Below are positions 1 to 13,505 of a stretch of DNA of 62,755 nt, in pieces (position 1 is the stretch's first letter; each line of letters begins with the position of its first letter). Source of the DNA: Bacillota bacterium (GTDB taxonomy: Bacteria > Bacillota_I > Bacilli_A > Erysipelotrichales > Erysipelotrichaceae); NCBI GenBank assembly GCA_021847325.1, contig JAJZTY010000001.1, positions 1 through 62,755 of the forward strand. The letters run 5' to 3'. The position numbers were made by a program, and so were the translations under genes. The notes under the pieces are model-generated. The model did not search any database. It was not told the DNA's origin and was given only the letters and a program-made list of their open reading frames with translations.

Positions 1-1283
1 TTCCTTTTCCTGTGCTTATTTTTAATCAGGATGGTCCATTGTATTTTGATAAAAAAGTTGAACTAATGTTCTGTAGTGAGAACTATAATATTTCATATGT
101 TGATATTTACCATTCATTTCATGATGCTTATAAACCTAAAAGAGTTGAACTCATTTTACTCAATCCAAAGTTAGAAAAAATTTGGCTTAGTACAATAGGT
201 GAGTTAGTTGAATATCAAGGTAAAACAGCAGTTATCGTATACATCATTGAAAAAATAGATAAGATTTTGAATGACGGAGAAATTTTACGATTATCCAAGT
301 TAAGACAATATATGTTGGAAATCAACCAGTCTATTGTAAATGTGACTGACTTGAATCGAACATTTTATCTTATTTTGTCGAATGCATTAAAAGCATTAGA
401 AAACGCATCGTTAGGTTCAATCTTTATAAAGAATAATGATGTTTTTGAGGTAGTATCTTATATTGGTTTTGATAAGAGTATTGAAGAATTTAAACTGCCT
501 GTTGTAGATTCGTTCTTATACCGTAATACAGATGGTAAGATGGATCGGATTTCAAATATAAAGAAAATTGAAATGAATGATCAGTTTTATCCTGTAAAGA
601 CATATGCAGGGGATGAAGTTTATATTAAGTCTGAGATTAGTGCGCCTATTTATATCAATGGTGAAATGTATGGAATAATTAATCTTGATTCGTTAAATGA
701 GAATGCGTTTGATGAGAATGATTATGCATCGATGGAATTTATTAGTACGAATGTACAGATTGCGATATCCAATCAATTGTCATATATAGAGAAATCTCGA
801 TTAGCAATGTTTGATCCACTTACAAAACTCTATAATCGTCATTACTTTGAGGAGCAATTCCTTGTTTATAAACGTCGTGCAAGTCGTTATGAAGAAGAAT
901 TTCATTTAATTTTGTTTGATGTGGATGATTTGAAAATCGTGAATGATCTATATGGACATAATGTTGGTGATTTAGCTATTAAACGAATAGCAACTGAAAT
1001 TCAGTCGTATACACGTAATAGTGATGTGATTGCTCGATATGGTGGGGATGAGTTTATTGGATTGTTTATTGGTTCAAGTTTCGATGATTTACATCGCAAA
1101 ATTCAACAGATAGAGTTGGAAATAAATAAAAACCCAATGTTAATTAATGGCAATACAGTTTACTCTAACTTTAGTTTTGGAATAGCGACATTTCCGATTG
1201 ATGGTGAGAGTTTAGGTGATCTTTTAGAAGTTGCGGATAAACGTATGTACGAGGATAAAGAGAATAAGAATAGTAACCTATAG
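1..1283 (+). CDS. GAF/GGDEF-domain diguanylate cyclase (5' end runs off the window)
   Basis: The reading frame is open to base 1. The C-terminal GGDEF domain has an RYGGDEF active site and an RNSD (RxxD) I-site five residues upstream. The central region is GAF-like. Confidence 0.8.
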   Translation, partial: PFPVLIFNQDGPLYFDKKVELMFCSENYNISYVDIYHSFHDAYKPKRVELILLNPKLEKIWLSTIGELVEYQGKTAVIVYIIEKIDKILNDGEILRLSKLRQYMLEINQSIVNVTDLNRTFYLILSNALKALENASLGSIFIKNNDVFEVVSYIGFDKSIEEFKLPVVDSFLYRNTDGKMDRISNIKKIEMNDQFYPVKTYAGDEVYIKSEISAPIYINGEMYGIINLDSLNENAFDENDYASMEFISTNVQIAISNQLSYIEKSRLAMFDPLTKLYNRHYFEEQFLVYKRRASRYEEEFHLILFDVDDLKIVNDLYGHNVGDLAIKRIATEIQSYTRNSDVIARYGGDEFIGLFIGSSFDDLHRKIQQIELEINKNPMLINGNTVYSNFSFGIATFPIDGESLGDLLEVADKRMYEDKENKNSNL

Positions 1284-1313
1284 AGTCTAGTTAATACTAG
1301 ACTTTTATTTTTT
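1284..1313 (+). terminator. Intrinsic terminator after the GGDEF gene
   Basis: Hairpin agtctagt-taat-actagact followed by tttatttttt. Confidence 0.8.
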
Positions 1314-1387
1314 AATCGTTGTTTGGTAATTTTTTGAAATTTCTAAATAAAATCTAGTGTATAATGACATTTATGAATAAGGAGTTT

Positions 1388-2245
1388 ATGATGAGAAAAA
1401 TAGCGATATTAACAGATTCAGGGAGTGGAATTAGTCAAAAAGAGGCTAATGAACTTGGAATGTTTGTACTTCCATTACTTGTGATGGTGGATGGTAAAAC
1501 ATATCAAGACGGGGTTGAAATTCAGTTAAATGAGCTTTATACCATGTTAGAAGAAAAGAAACATCCAAAGACTTCAACACCTTTATATCAAAGTATTGAA
1601 AATATTTTAGTTAAAATAAAGAATTTAGGATATACAGATGTTGTCGCACTTCCACTAACATCAGGATTATCCAGTACGTTTCAATCCATCACGATTGCGG
1701 CTCAAGAAGCAAATATCAATTTACACTTAGTAGATGTTTATAGTACATGTATGATTCAGAATCATTGTGCACGTTTAGCTCAAAAATACGTAAATCAGAA
1801 TAAAGAAGCGGAATTTATTGTGAATGAGTTAAATCGAGTTATTGAGTTATCAAATACCATTATTCTTCCAAATGATTTAGATTATTTGAAACAAGGTGGA
1901 CGCTTAACTCCACTTGCCGCATCACTTGCGAATATGTTTAAGATTCGTCCTGTTTTACAGTTAAATCAATCTGTTTTAGGTAAGATTGATGTGTTAAACA
2001 AAGTAAGAACCGATCGTAAAGCTCTTGAATTAGCAATTGATACATTAGATCAAACATTCAAAGGCAAGAATGTTAGAATATATATAATTCATAGCGCTGC
2101 GGATGAACGTTGCGAAATGGCAAAAGAACTATTAATGTCTAAAGGATATTCAGAATCAAGTATATCAATTCATGCGATTGCGGCTGTTATAGCGTCTCAT
2201 ACAGGATTGGATTGTTTAGGCATTCAGTTTATTGTGGAGGATTAA
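1388..2245 (+). CDS. DegV family fatty-acid-binding protein
   Basis: IAILTDSGSG N-terminus and overall DegV-like sequence. Start moved to the ATG at 1388, downstream of an AAGGAG RBS. Confidence 0.85.
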   Translation: MMRKIAILTDSGSGISQKEANELGMFVLPLLVMVDGKTYQDGVEIQLNELYTMLEEKKHPKTSTPLYQSIENILVKIKNLGYTDVVALPLTSGLSSTFQSITIAAQEANINLHLVDVYSTCMIQNHCARLAQKYVNQNKEAEFIVNELNRVIELSNTIILPNDLDYLKQGGRLTPLAASLANMFKIRPVLQLNQSVLGKIDVLNKVRTDRKALELAIDTLDQTFKGKNVRIYIIHSAADERCEMAKELLMSKGYSESSISIHAIAAVIASHTGLDCLGIQFIVED

Positions 2246-2246
2246 G

Positions 2247-2585
2247 ATGGCTGTCGTACATCTTATTGGTGATTATCCAATTCATCAAACAATTCAATGG
2301 ATTAAACAAGAATTACCTAAAACCGTACTATCGCTTGTGTTTGTGGATGAAGGGTCTATTGATTCTGATTCGTATTTAATGGTTTATGAAAAGTATTTTA
2401 TGCGAGTAAAGAATCGAGTAAGTTTAAGTATTATGTTAAAATAAGTAAATCAAAAAACAGAAATTATTGCGATTGGATCAGGTGCTGGTCAGGGAGCTTT
2501 ATTTAGTTTTGATTGGGGGAGTGAACTTGATTTTGTGATTGATTTTACTCGTCTTATGGAAAGTTTTGGTTATATAAAATATTAA
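2247..2585 (+). pseudogene. Small conserved-looking ORF split by an in-frame TAA at 2442-2444 (function unknown)
   Basis: GGAGGA RBS before the ATG at 2247. The 65-codon ORF stops at TAA, and the same frame continues for 46 more codons (VNQKTEIIAIGSGAGQGALFSFDWGSELDF...) to a TAA at 2583-2585, directly followed by a terminator. Confidence 0.55.
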
Positions 2586-2604
2586 ATCGCTTATGCGATT
2601 TTTT
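2585..2604 (+). terminator. Intrinsic terminator
   Basis: Hairpin aatcgc-ttat-gcgatt followed by a T run. Confidence 0.75.
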
Positions 2605-2669
2605 CTTTGAAATCATAGAAATTATAGGGATTGTGATACAATAGAAATAAACATAAATGGAGTACTATC

Positions 2670-3734
2670 ATGGACACGAAAATGATAAGCTTAAGCAAAA
2701 TCGAACCAAAAAAGGGAATGGAATTAATCACAAAAGACATTCCAACAATAAAAGATGATGAAATATTAGTTAAAGTCTTAGCCGCATCTGTGTGTGGTAC
2801 AGATGTTCATATATATACTTGGGATAATTGGGCACAAAATCGAATTAAAAATATTCCTCAAACAATGGGGCATGAACTTGCGGGCGAAGTTGTGAAGATT
2901 GGAAGTCGCGTCAACACAGTTAAAATAGGGGATATCGTATCTGCGGAAACACATGTCGTATGTAATGAATGTGAATTCTGTTTAACTGGTCGTGCTCATA
3001 TTTGTAAAAATACTTCTGTTTTAGGCGTTGATCGGGATGGGGCATTTGCACAATATGTCGCTATTCCAGCCGCAAATGCATGGAAGAATGACCCAAGTGT
3101 TCCACCAGAATATTTGTCGATTCAAGAACCTTTAGGAAATGCGGTGCATACGGTTTTAGCACAAGATGTGATAGGTAAAACAGTTGCGGTTGTTGGGGTT
3201 GGGCCAATTGGAATCATGGCGGTGGATGTAGCGAAAGCGGTAGGAGCCTCTCGTGTATTTGCGATTGATGTGAATGAGTATCGATTAAACTTAGCGAAGA
3301 AGATTGGGGCAGATGTTTGTTTAAATGCACTCAATCAAGATCTTGTTCAACAAATTCTTGATTTTACCGATGGTTCAGGTGTTGATGTTGTATGTGAAAT
3401 GTCAGGAAATGGAATCGCGCTTAATCAAGCGTTTGACTATCTTAAATTAGGTGGACATATCTCTATTCTAGGTGTACCTACCAAGAAAATTGAGATTGAT
3501 GTCGCTAATCATATCGTATTTAAAGGTATTACAATTCATGGTATTACAGGTCGTAAGATGTATGAAACTTGGTATCAAGTAAAAGGTTTGATACAAAGTG
3601 GTAAGTTACATTTAAAGGATATTGTTACACACAAGTTACATTACACTGAGTATCAAAAGGCAATGGAGTTAATGGAAAGTGGTAATTGTGGCAAAATCGT
3701 TTTAATGTTCAATCAGGAGAAGACAAATGACTAA
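2670..3734 (+). CDS. tdh: L-threonine 3-dehydrogenase (zinc-dependent MDR family)
   Basis: Zn-ADH motifs (GHE, and the structural-zinc cysteine cluster [15 protein letters not shown]), a GVGPIG Rossmann motif, and 8-nt overlap coupling to kbl. Confidence 0.85.
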   Translation: MDTKMISLSKIEPKKGMELITKDIPTIKDDEILVKVLAASVCGTDVHIYTWDNWAQNRIKNIPQTMGHELAGEVVKIGSRVNTVKIGDIVSAETHVVCNECEFCLTGRAHICKNTSVLGVDRDGAFAQYVAIPAANAWKNDPSVPPEYLSIQEPLGNAVHTVLAQDVIGKTVAVVGVGPIGIMAVDVAKAVGASRVFAIDVNEYRLNLAKKIGADVCLNALNQDLVQQILDFTDGSGVDVVCEMSGNGIALNQAFDYLKLGGHISILGVPTKKIEIDVANHIVFKGITIHGITGRKMYETWYQVKGLIQSGKLHLKDIVTHKLHYTEYQKAMELMESGNCGKIVLMFNQEKTND

Positions 3735-4911
3735 CATTCATGATTTGGATTTCTTAAGTAAACAAGTTCATGATTTAAAGGATCAAGGGGTATATCGGAA
3801 AATACCAGTATTAGAGTCCGCAAATGATGCGGAAGTTATTATTGATGGTAAATCCGTTATAAATCTATGTTCGAATAACTATCTAGGCTTTGCGACACAT
3901 CCTCGTTTAAAGAAAGCTGCTATCGATGCGATTGAGAAATATGGTGTTGGGGCTGGAGCGGTTAAAACTATTGCAGGCAACTTAAACTTACATGAAGAGT
4001 TAGAAGAAGCACTGGCGAAGTTTAAAAAAGAAGAAGCGGTTATGTTGTTTCAATCTGGGTTTAATTGTAATGCGGGTGTGATTCAGGCCATTACTCAAGC
4101 AGGAGATTTAATTATATCGGATGAACTTAATCATGCGTCAATCATTGATGGAGTACGTTTATCTCGTGCTGATAAAGCAGTTTTTAAGCATTCTGACATG
4201 AATGATTTAGAACGAGTTTTAATCGAAAAAAGGGCACAATATAATCAAGTCTTAATTATTACCGATGGGGTATTCTCAATGGATGGTGATTTGGCAAAGT
4301 TACCTGAAATCGTTGAATTAGCTGAGAAATATAAATGTTTGACCTATGTTGATGATGCTCATGGATCAGGCGTTTTAGGTGAAAATGGTAGAGGAACTGT
4401 GGATCATTTCCATCTACATGGACGCATTGATTTTACGATAGGGACGTTATCTAAAGCATTTGGAGTGATTGGAGGATATGTGGCTGGTAAAAAGATTATG
4501 AAAGAATGGTTAGCGCATCGTGCACGTCCATTATTATTTTCAACATATTTACCTCCTGCAGTAGTCGCACCTTTAATTGAAGCAGTAAAAATGTTGAGTG
4601 AATCGGATGAATATACTAAGGCTTGTTGGGATAATGCGAATTATTTTAAAGAGAAGATGAAAAAGGCTGGATTTAATATTGGACATTCTGAAACACCAAT
4701 AACACCTGTGTTTATTGGAGATGAAGCGAAGACTGTATTATTTTCTAAGACATTATTAAATGAAGGTGTTTATGTTTCACCTATCATTTTTCCAACTGTC
4801 CCAAAAGGAACAGGAAGAGTCCGCGTTATGGTTAGTGCAGCGCATACTAAAGCACAACTGGATCAAGCAATTGAGTGTTTTATTAAAGTTAAAAATAGTT
4901 TAGAACAATAG
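3727..4911 (+). CDS. kbl: Glycine C-acetyltransferase / 2-amino-3-ketobutyrate CoA ligase
   Basis: Alpha-oxoamine synthase fold with the PLP lysine context TLSKAF. The ATGACTAA overlap with the tdh stop is the classic tdh-kbl pairing. Confidence 0.85.
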   Translation: MTNIHDLDFLSKQVHDLKDQGVYRKIPVLESANDAEVIIDGKSVINLCSNNYLGFATHPRLKKAAIDAIEKYGVGAGAVKTIAGNLNLHEELEEALAKFKKEEAVMLFQSGFNCNAGVIQAITQAGDLIISDELNHASIIDGVRLSRADKAVFKHSDMNDLERVLIEKRAQYNQVLIITDGVFSMDGDLAKLPEIVELAEKYKCLTYVDDAHGSGVLGENGRGTVDHFHLHGRIDFTIGTLSKAFGVIGGYVAGKKIMKEWLAHRARPLLFSTYLPPAVVAPLIEAVKMLSESDEYTKACWDNANYFKEKMKKAGFNIGHSETPITPVFIGDEAKTVLFSKTLLNEGVYVSPIIFPTVPKGTGRVRVMVSAAHTKAQLDQAIECFIKVKNSLEQ

Positions 4912-4934
4912 CCAAAGATTTCTTTGGCTTTTTT
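4911..4934 (+). terminator. Intrinsic terminator after kbl
   Basis: Hairpin gccaaaga-tt-tctttggc followed by tttttt. Confidence 0.85.
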
Positions 4935-5000
4935 GTGAGCACATTGAAATCTCGAAAAAAGTACCTATGTTATAATCAATCCATTGAGTTAAGGAGTTTT

Positions 5001-5555
5001 ATGAGAACATTTAAATACGAACTACTAGAAGTGATAAGAAATCGATGGTCTGCACGGGCATTTAGTAATCAAAGAGTCAAAAAAGATGATATTTATGCAT
5101 TAATAGAAGCGGCTAGTTATGCGCCTTCATCCATGAATGAACAACCTTGGCGTTTTATCCTTGGATATGAAAATGATGTACTCTTAAAACTTAGAGATAG
5201 TTTGACATCAAGTAATCAAGAATGGGCTAATCAAGCACCTGTTTTAGTTTGTTTATTATCTCATCGCTTTCATGCGCGTAATGGGAAAGAGAATAAATAT
5301 AATGTATTTGATAGTGGTAGTGCTTTTGCGTTTTTAAGTTTAGAGGCTACGAATAGAGGATTAATTGCTCATCCTATGGGTGGATTTGATAAAGAAAAGA
5401 TTCGAGAGAGTTTTAATATAAGTGATGAATACGATATTGTCTTGATGATTGCGATTGGATATCTTGGGGATAAATCATTGTTAAGTGAATCAAATCAATT
5501 AAGAGAGAATCCAGGTAGTCGTAAATCATTTGAAGAGAATATAATTGTTGAATAA
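5001..5555 (+). CDS. Nitroreductase family protein
   Basis: RWSARAF and APSSMNEQPWRF motifs are typical of the NADH oxidase/nitroreductase fold. Start moved to the ATG at 5001, after an AAGGAG RBS. Confidence 0.8.
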   Translation: MRTFKYELLEVIRNRWSARAFSNQRVKKDDIYALIEAASYAPSSMNEQPWRFILGYENDVLLKLRDSLTSSNQEWANQAPVLVCLLSHRFHARNGKENKYNVFDSGSAFAFLSLEATNRGLIAHPMGGFDKEKIRESFNISDEYDIVLMIAIGYLGDKSLLSESNQLRENPGSRKSFEENIIVE

Positions 5556-5596
5556 ATTGATTGGATATACGATACAATAAAAATAAGGAGATAGGT

Positions 5597-7009
5597 ATGA
5601 AGAAAAATATTGGTGTAATTGGAATGGCTGTTATGGGTAAGAATCTTGCGTTGAATATCGCAGATCATGGTTATTCTGTTGTGATTTACAATCGTACAAC
5701 GGATGTTATGCAAGAAGTATTGAATGAAAATCCTAATTCAGGTTTGGTTGGTGCTAAGACTCTTGAAGAGTTTGTGTCAGAACTTGAGTTGCCTCGTAAA
5801 ATTATTTTAATGGTAAAGGCTGGAAAACCGGTTGATGCTATCTTGGAACAATTAATCCCTCTTATTGATAAAGGGGATATTGTGGTTGATGCAGGGAATT
5901 CTTTCTATTTAGATACAATTCGTAGAGAGAAATATTATCGTGATTTAGGGTTTAATTTTGTTGGTATGGGTGTTTCAGGTGGTGAAGAGGGTGCTAGATT
6001 TGGTCCAGCGATTATGCCTGGTGGTAGTTTAGAGGCTCATGCACATCTAAAACCTATTTTAGAGGCTATCTCAGCGAAAGTAGATGGAGAACCATGTACG
6101 ACATACATTGGGACGGATGGCGCAGGACACTATGTTAAAATGGTGCACAATGGAATTGAATATGGAGATATGGAGCTTATTTCTGAAGCGTATCATTTAT
6201 TAAAAGATGTAGCTGGATTAACGAACAAGGAATTAGCTGAAGTCTTTACTGAATGGAATAAGGGAGACTTAAATTCCTATTTAATTGAAATTACGAGTCA
6301 TATTTTTAACACAAAAGATGATTTGAGTGATTCAGATATTATTGATGTGATTAAAGACAATGCAGGTCAAAAAGGTACTGGCATTTGGACGACAAAAGAA
6401 TCCATGGACTTAGGTGTTCATACTTCTGTCATTACAAGTGCTGTATTTGCACGATTTATTTCAGCTCGTCGTAATGAACGTTTACACGCTAAGAAAGTAC
6501 TACCTATTAGTACAATCAAGATGGATGTTAATCGCACTGATTTTATTGAAAAAGTAAGATTAGCTCTTTATTTATCTAAAATTGTTTCATATGCTCAAGG
6601 TTTTGTGTTATTAGCTGAAGCAGCGAAACATTACAACTGGAGTCTTGATTTTAAATCAATTTCAAAGATCTTTAGAGGTGGCTGTATTATTCGTGCTCAA
6701 TTCTTGAATCGTATTGCGGAAGCATATGAAAAGAACCCTAATTTAGAAAATTTATTATTAGATGACTACTTCATGGATATCGTTAAAAAAGGATTAAGCG
6801 CATTACGCGAAATCAACTCAATTGCGATCTTAAGTGGAATTCCAGTTCCAGCTTTAAACTCCGCGATTAGTTATTATGATGCCTATCGTAGTGATTCACT
6901 CAGTACAAATCTAGTTCAAGCACAACGTGATTATTTCGGTGCTCATACCTATGAACGTTTGGATCGTGATGGATCCTTCCACTTTGAAAGTTGGGGAAAA
7001 GATGTTTAA
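5597..7009 (+). CDS. gnd: 6-phosphogluconate dehydrogenase, decarboxylating
   Basis: IGVIGMAVMGKNLALN N-terminal Rossmann motif and full-length Gnd-like sequence. Start at the ATG at 5597, after an AAGGAG RBS. Confidence 0.92.
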   Translation: MKKNIGVIGMAVMGKNLALNIADHGYSVVIYNRTTDVMQEVLNENPNSGLVGAKTLEEFVSELELPRKIILMVKAGKPVDAILEQLIPLIDKGDIVVDAGNSFYLDTIRREKYYRDLGFNFVGMGVSGGEEGARFGPAIMPGGSLEAHAHLKPILEAISAKVDGEPCTTYIGTDGAGHYVKMVHNGIEYGDMELISEAYHLLKDVAGLTNKELAEVFTEWNKGDLNSYLIEITSHIFNTKDDLSDSDIIDVIKDNAGQKGTGIWTTKESMDLGVHTSVITSAVFARFISARRNERLHAKKVLPISTIKMDVNRTDFIEKVRLALYLSKIVSYAQGFVLLAEAAKHYNWSLDFKSISKIFRGGCIIRAQFLNRIAEAYEKNPNLENLLLDDYFMDIVKKGLSALREINSIAILSGIPVPALNSAISYYDAYRSDSLSTNLVQAQRDYFGAHTYERLDRDGSFHFESWGKDV

Positions 7010-8429
7010 GAATCCGAGTCTTGTCTTTACTATTTTTGGATCAACCGGTGATTTAACATATCGCAAACTTTTACCTGCTTTGTATCATTTAAAACATCGT
7101 AATCGATTAACCGATGATACGGTTATTCGTTGTATTGGACGAAAAGAGTACAGTAAAGATGAATATATCGCAATTATTGAACCTTGGATCAAGAAACAAA
7201 CTCGTTTTTCGTTTAATCAAGAAACGTTTAATGAGTTTGTGAAACATATTCAATACATAAAAATGGAGTTCACAAACAAAGATGCTTACTCCACTTTATT
7301 GGACTATCCAGTTGGATTAGATAACTTATACTACTTTGCGGTTGCGCCTGAATACTTTACAGTTATCGCAGAGGGTTTAAATCATGTGAACTATTTAAGT
7401 GATTTTAAACATCGGGTGATCTTAGAAAAACCTTTTGGAGATTCACTTGAACATGCGATTGAGGTTAATAAAGTATTAACAAATTTGTTTGGTTTTGAGA
7501 ATTTATATCATATCGATCATTATTTAGGTAAAGAAATGATACAGAATATTCTTGCGATACGATTTGGTAATCGTATGTTTGAATCAGTATGGAACCATGA
7601 TAATATCGAACAAATTCAAATCACCGCATCTGAGATTGTTGGGGTTGAAACACGTGGTTCGTACTATGAACAAGCCGGCGCATTGAAAGATATGTTACAG
7701 AATCATTTATTACAGATTATGAGCTATGTCGTGATGGATAAACCAAATACCTTAAACAGTTCGGACATGTTAGTGAAACAGAAGAGTATTATGGAAGGTA
7801 TAAGTTTAGATGATATCGTATTAGGTCAATACGATAAAAACGATAAGTTCTTAGCGTATCGTGATGAAAAGAATGTACATCCAAATTCACAGATTGAAAC
7901 ATATGCGGCTGTTAAAATTCATATCAATAAAGGACAACTAAAAAATGTACCGATTTATCTTCGCACAGGAAAACGTCTGAAACAACGTGCGACGTATATA
8001 AAAATTATTTTTAAACCATCATCGTCAAATTTATATTCAAACTTGCATCAAGAAGTAATTACCATAAAAGTTCAACCGGATGAAGGGATTAGTTTGAGTT
8101 TTAATGCGAAGAAACCAGGCACAATCAATACAATTACAGATGTGAAGATGGATTTTTGTCAAAGTTGTATCTTAGAAAATCGGATTAATACGCCTGAAGC
8201 GTATGAAAGACTTTTAGATGATGCGTTTGGACATGATGATACTTTATTTACACCATGGCAGATTGTAGAAATGAGTTGGAAATTTGGGGAATCCGTTCGT
8301 GAATTAGTTAAAATTGAAAATCGTCCTTTAGTTTTATATCCAGCTAACTCACAAGGGCCTAAAGAAGCGGATGAAATGCTTCAAAGAGATGGATTTGAAT
8401 GGTTAGATGAGGATGAAATATCCTATTAG
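7002..8429 (+). CDS. zwf: Glucose-6-phosphate 1-dehydrogenase
   Basis: FTIFGSTGDLTYRKL, EKPFG and RIDHYLGKE-like (HIDHYLGKE) signatures. The ATG at 7002 overlaps the gnd stop by 8 nt. Confidence 0.92.
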   Translation: MFKNPSLVFTIFGSTGDLTYRKLLPALYHLKHRNRLTDDTVIRCIGRKEYSKDEYIAIIEPWIKKQTRFSFNQETFNEFVKHIQYIKMEFTNKDAYSTLLDYPVGLDNLYYFAVAPEYFTVIAEGLNHVNYLSDFKHRVILEKPFGDSLEHAIEVNKVLTNLFGFENLYHIDHYLGKEMIQNILAIRFGNRMFESVWNHDNIEQIQITASEIVGVETRGSYYEQAGALKDMLQNHLLQIMSYVVMDKPNTLNSSDMLVKQKSIMEGISLDDIVLGQYDKNDKFLAYRDEKNVHPNSQIETYAAVKIHINKGQLKNVPIYLRTGKRLKQRATYIKIIFKPSSSNLYSNLHQEVITIKVQPDEGISLSFNAKKPGTINTITDVKMDFCQSCILENRINTPEAYERLLDDAFGHDDTLFTPWQIVEMSWKFGESVRELVKIENRPLVLYPANSQGPKEADEMLQRDGFEWLDEDEISY

Positions 8430-8436
8430 GTGAACT

Positions 8437-9321
8437 ATGCGAAAAAAATGTGGACTAGCATTAAGTGGTGGTGGGATTAAGGCATTTAGTCAAGTTGGAG
8501 TCGTAAGGTTTCTTAAGGAAAATGGTTTTAAGTTTGATGGATTCTCTGGTACGAGTATGGGTTCAATTATTGCGACACTCTTAGCGCATGATATTCCCAT
8601 TAATCAAGTAGAGAATAGTATTTTAAAGATTGAAAAAATCATCATAGATGAAAAGTTATTAGACGCATCCAATGCACAAGTATTTCCTTTAATTACACGA
8701 TCTATAACTGGACTAATTGATCCAAGTCGATTTGTAAGAATAATTGAGGAAGAATTTGAACAGTATAATATTAAATACATTAAGGATGTTAAATTCCCAT
8801 TAGTGATTACATCAGTTGATTTGATAAGTGGTAAAATTGTTTACTTTACCAACCGTAAAGAATTAATCAAATCACCTTATAAGTATTTCATTATCATGGA
8901 TGATGTCTTACTGATTGATGCGATTCGTGCGTCTTGTTCATTCCCAATGGTGTTTGCGACAATGAATTTTAGAGATATGCAACTTGTGGATGGTGGTGTA
9001 TTGATGAATGTACCTGTTGCGCCACTCAAGAGTATGGGATTGGAAAAAGTATTATCGATTTCTATGGATAGCTTTAATGAATACCAAGGAAGTTCAAAGG
9101 TAACTGAAATTGGTGGACGAATTATTGACCTAATGGCGAATCAATCAACCAATGCGATGTTAAGTTTATCAGACTATAATATTAATGTGTTTGATAAGAA
9201 GATTGGGATTTTCTCATTTGGACAAGGTAAGAATGCGATTAACTTAGGTTATCAAGTATCTCAAATTGAAAAAAAGAGTATTCTTGAATTCAAGAAAACT
9301 CTAAATAAATTTTTCTTTTAG
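8437..9321 (+). CDS. Patatin-like phospholipase
   Basis: GGGIKAF oxyanion motif, GTSMGS (GxSxG) nucleophile and VDGG aspartate motif. The gene sits 7 nt after the zwf stop. Confidence 0.85.
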   Translation: MRKKCGLALSGGGIKAFSQVGVVRFLKENGFKFDGFSGTSMGSIIATLLAHDIPINQVENSILKIEKIIIDEKLLDASNAQVFPLITRSITGLIDPSRFVRIIEEEFEQYNIKYIKDVKFPLVITSVDLISGKIVYFTNRKELIKSPYKYFIIMDDVLLIDAIRASCSFPMVFATMNFRDMQLVDGGVLMNVPVAPLKSMGLEKVLSISMDSFNEYQGSSKVTEIGGRIIDLMANQSTNAMLSLSDYNINVFDKKIGIFSFGQGKNAINLGYQVSQIEKKSILEFKKTLNKFFF

Positions 9322-10392
9322 ATAATTACGATGAACGGTAATAATAGGGAGTGTTTCACTCTCTTTTTTTGTGACCCAAATAAAATCAGAAGATGATTCA
9401 TTTATATTAGCAACATAGAAATTAATATTCCAAATCTTATGACTAAATATATGTTTAACTGATTTATCAAATGTTAAATCAATTTGATTGAATTGATCTA
9501 GTCTCGGCAGTCGATAATAACCACTCATAAGTTTATCGTTATGATCTAATGTTAGTGCGAATTGATTTTGATTATTCATACACAACACAATATCAATTGT
9601 TTCTTCTTTTTTAGAGAGTTGTTTAGTTGGTTTTGGATAATCATTTACTGTATTCGTAACATACGCATTACACATTGATTTAAGAGGGCATATATCACAT
9701 TTTGCAGGTTTATTGCATATTAGTGCACCTAGCTCCATTAAGGCTTGTGTTAAATGTGTAGGTTCTACAGAATTCATCCATTCTTCAATTTGGGATTTTA
9801 CAAACGTATAGAAATATTTCTTATCTAAGTTTTCATCAAGAGTATACAATCTGCTCATTACCCGTTTAACATTTCCATCGATAGCAGCTGTTTTTTCATT
9901 GAAACAAATCGAAGCAATTGCGCTTGATGTATAATCACCAATTCCAGGTAATTTCTCGATATCTTCTTTTATGTTAGGGAATACATTATTAAAATCTTGT
10001 TTAATGATGAGTGCAGCTTTCTTAATATTTTTAACCCTAGAATAATAACCCAAACCTTCCCATAATCGATAGAGTTCTTCATCCTCTGACAATGATAAAT
10101 GTTCCAGTGTAGGATATTGATTCATCCATCTTTCATAGTATGGAATAAGTGTATCTATTTGGGTTTGTTGGGCCATGATTTCACTTATCCATACACGATA
10201 TGGATCTTGATTTATACGAAAAGGTAAATCTCTTTTATTTTCTAAGTACCACTGTACGAGTTTGTGTTGAATTTGCATAAGGTTATTATAAATAAAAGGC
10301 AGATTAAAAGCGAGATAACTCGCTTCTAATAGTTTATATCGTGTCCTTCTGGCTATAAGGGAGGGAAATGAAGATTCAGAAGGAAAGGTCAT
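9301..10392 (-). CDS. mutY: A/G-specific adenine DNA glycosylase
   Basis: HhH-GPD core (WISEIMAQQTQ, LPGIGDYT), a CX6CX2CX5C Fe-S loop (CNKPAKCDICPLKSMC) and a NUDIX-like C-terminus. The start is uncertain; an alternative ATG lies at 10278. Confidence 0.85.
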   Translation of the reverse strand: MTFPSESSFPSLIARRTRYKLLEASYLAFNLPFIYNNLMQIQHKLVQWYLENKRDLPFRINQDPYRVWISEIMAQQTQIDTLIPYYERWMNQYPTLEHLSLSEDEELYRLWEGLGYYSRVKNIKKAALIIKQDFNNVFPNIKEDIEKLPGIGDYTSSAIASICFNEKTAAIDGNVKRVMSRLYTLDENLDKKYFYTFVKSQIEEWMNSVEPTHLTQALMELGALICNKPAKCDICPLKSMCNAYVTNTVNDYPKPTKQLSKKEETIDIVLCMNNQNQFALTLDHNDKLMSGYYRLPRLDQFNQIDLTFDKSVKHIFSHKIWNINFYVANINESSSDFIWVTKKESETLPIITVHRNYLKEKFI

Positions 10393-10516
10393 TTGTTTTT
10401 CTTGTCTATATTATATAGAATGTTCAAACGCTTAGTGTGAAAGCTATGTGAAAGATATTTTACATGTGTTGTATCAAATGTGATATAATGCTTTAGTTTA
10501 GTAAAAGAGGACCTTA

Positions 10517-13504
<2,988 letters not shown>

Positions 13505-13505
<1 letters not shown>

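Noticed and set aside
6927-7001. The ORF-track N-terminal extension of zwf overlapping gnd. Similar extensions occur for murD (48077-48160), aspS (58028-58072), gnd (5561-5596), the nitroreductase (4935-5000) and the HTH regulator (60016-60045).
   Set aside because: The extensions lie out of frame over upstream genes or terminators and lack an RBS. The internal ATGs have good RBSs and give canonical N-termini.
8437-9321. The patatin-like phospholipase as an effector of a CBASS-type or other defence system.
   Set aside because: There is no cyclase, sensor or other defence partner nearby. The gene is embedded in the gnd-zwf housekeeping operon.
10393-10516. The direct repeat TGTGAAAG-N3-TGTGAAAG upstream of typA, considered as a cre/CcpA or other operator.
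   Set aside because: It does not fit the cre consensus (no central CG), and a single short repeat in AT-rich DNA is weak evidence. Noted only.
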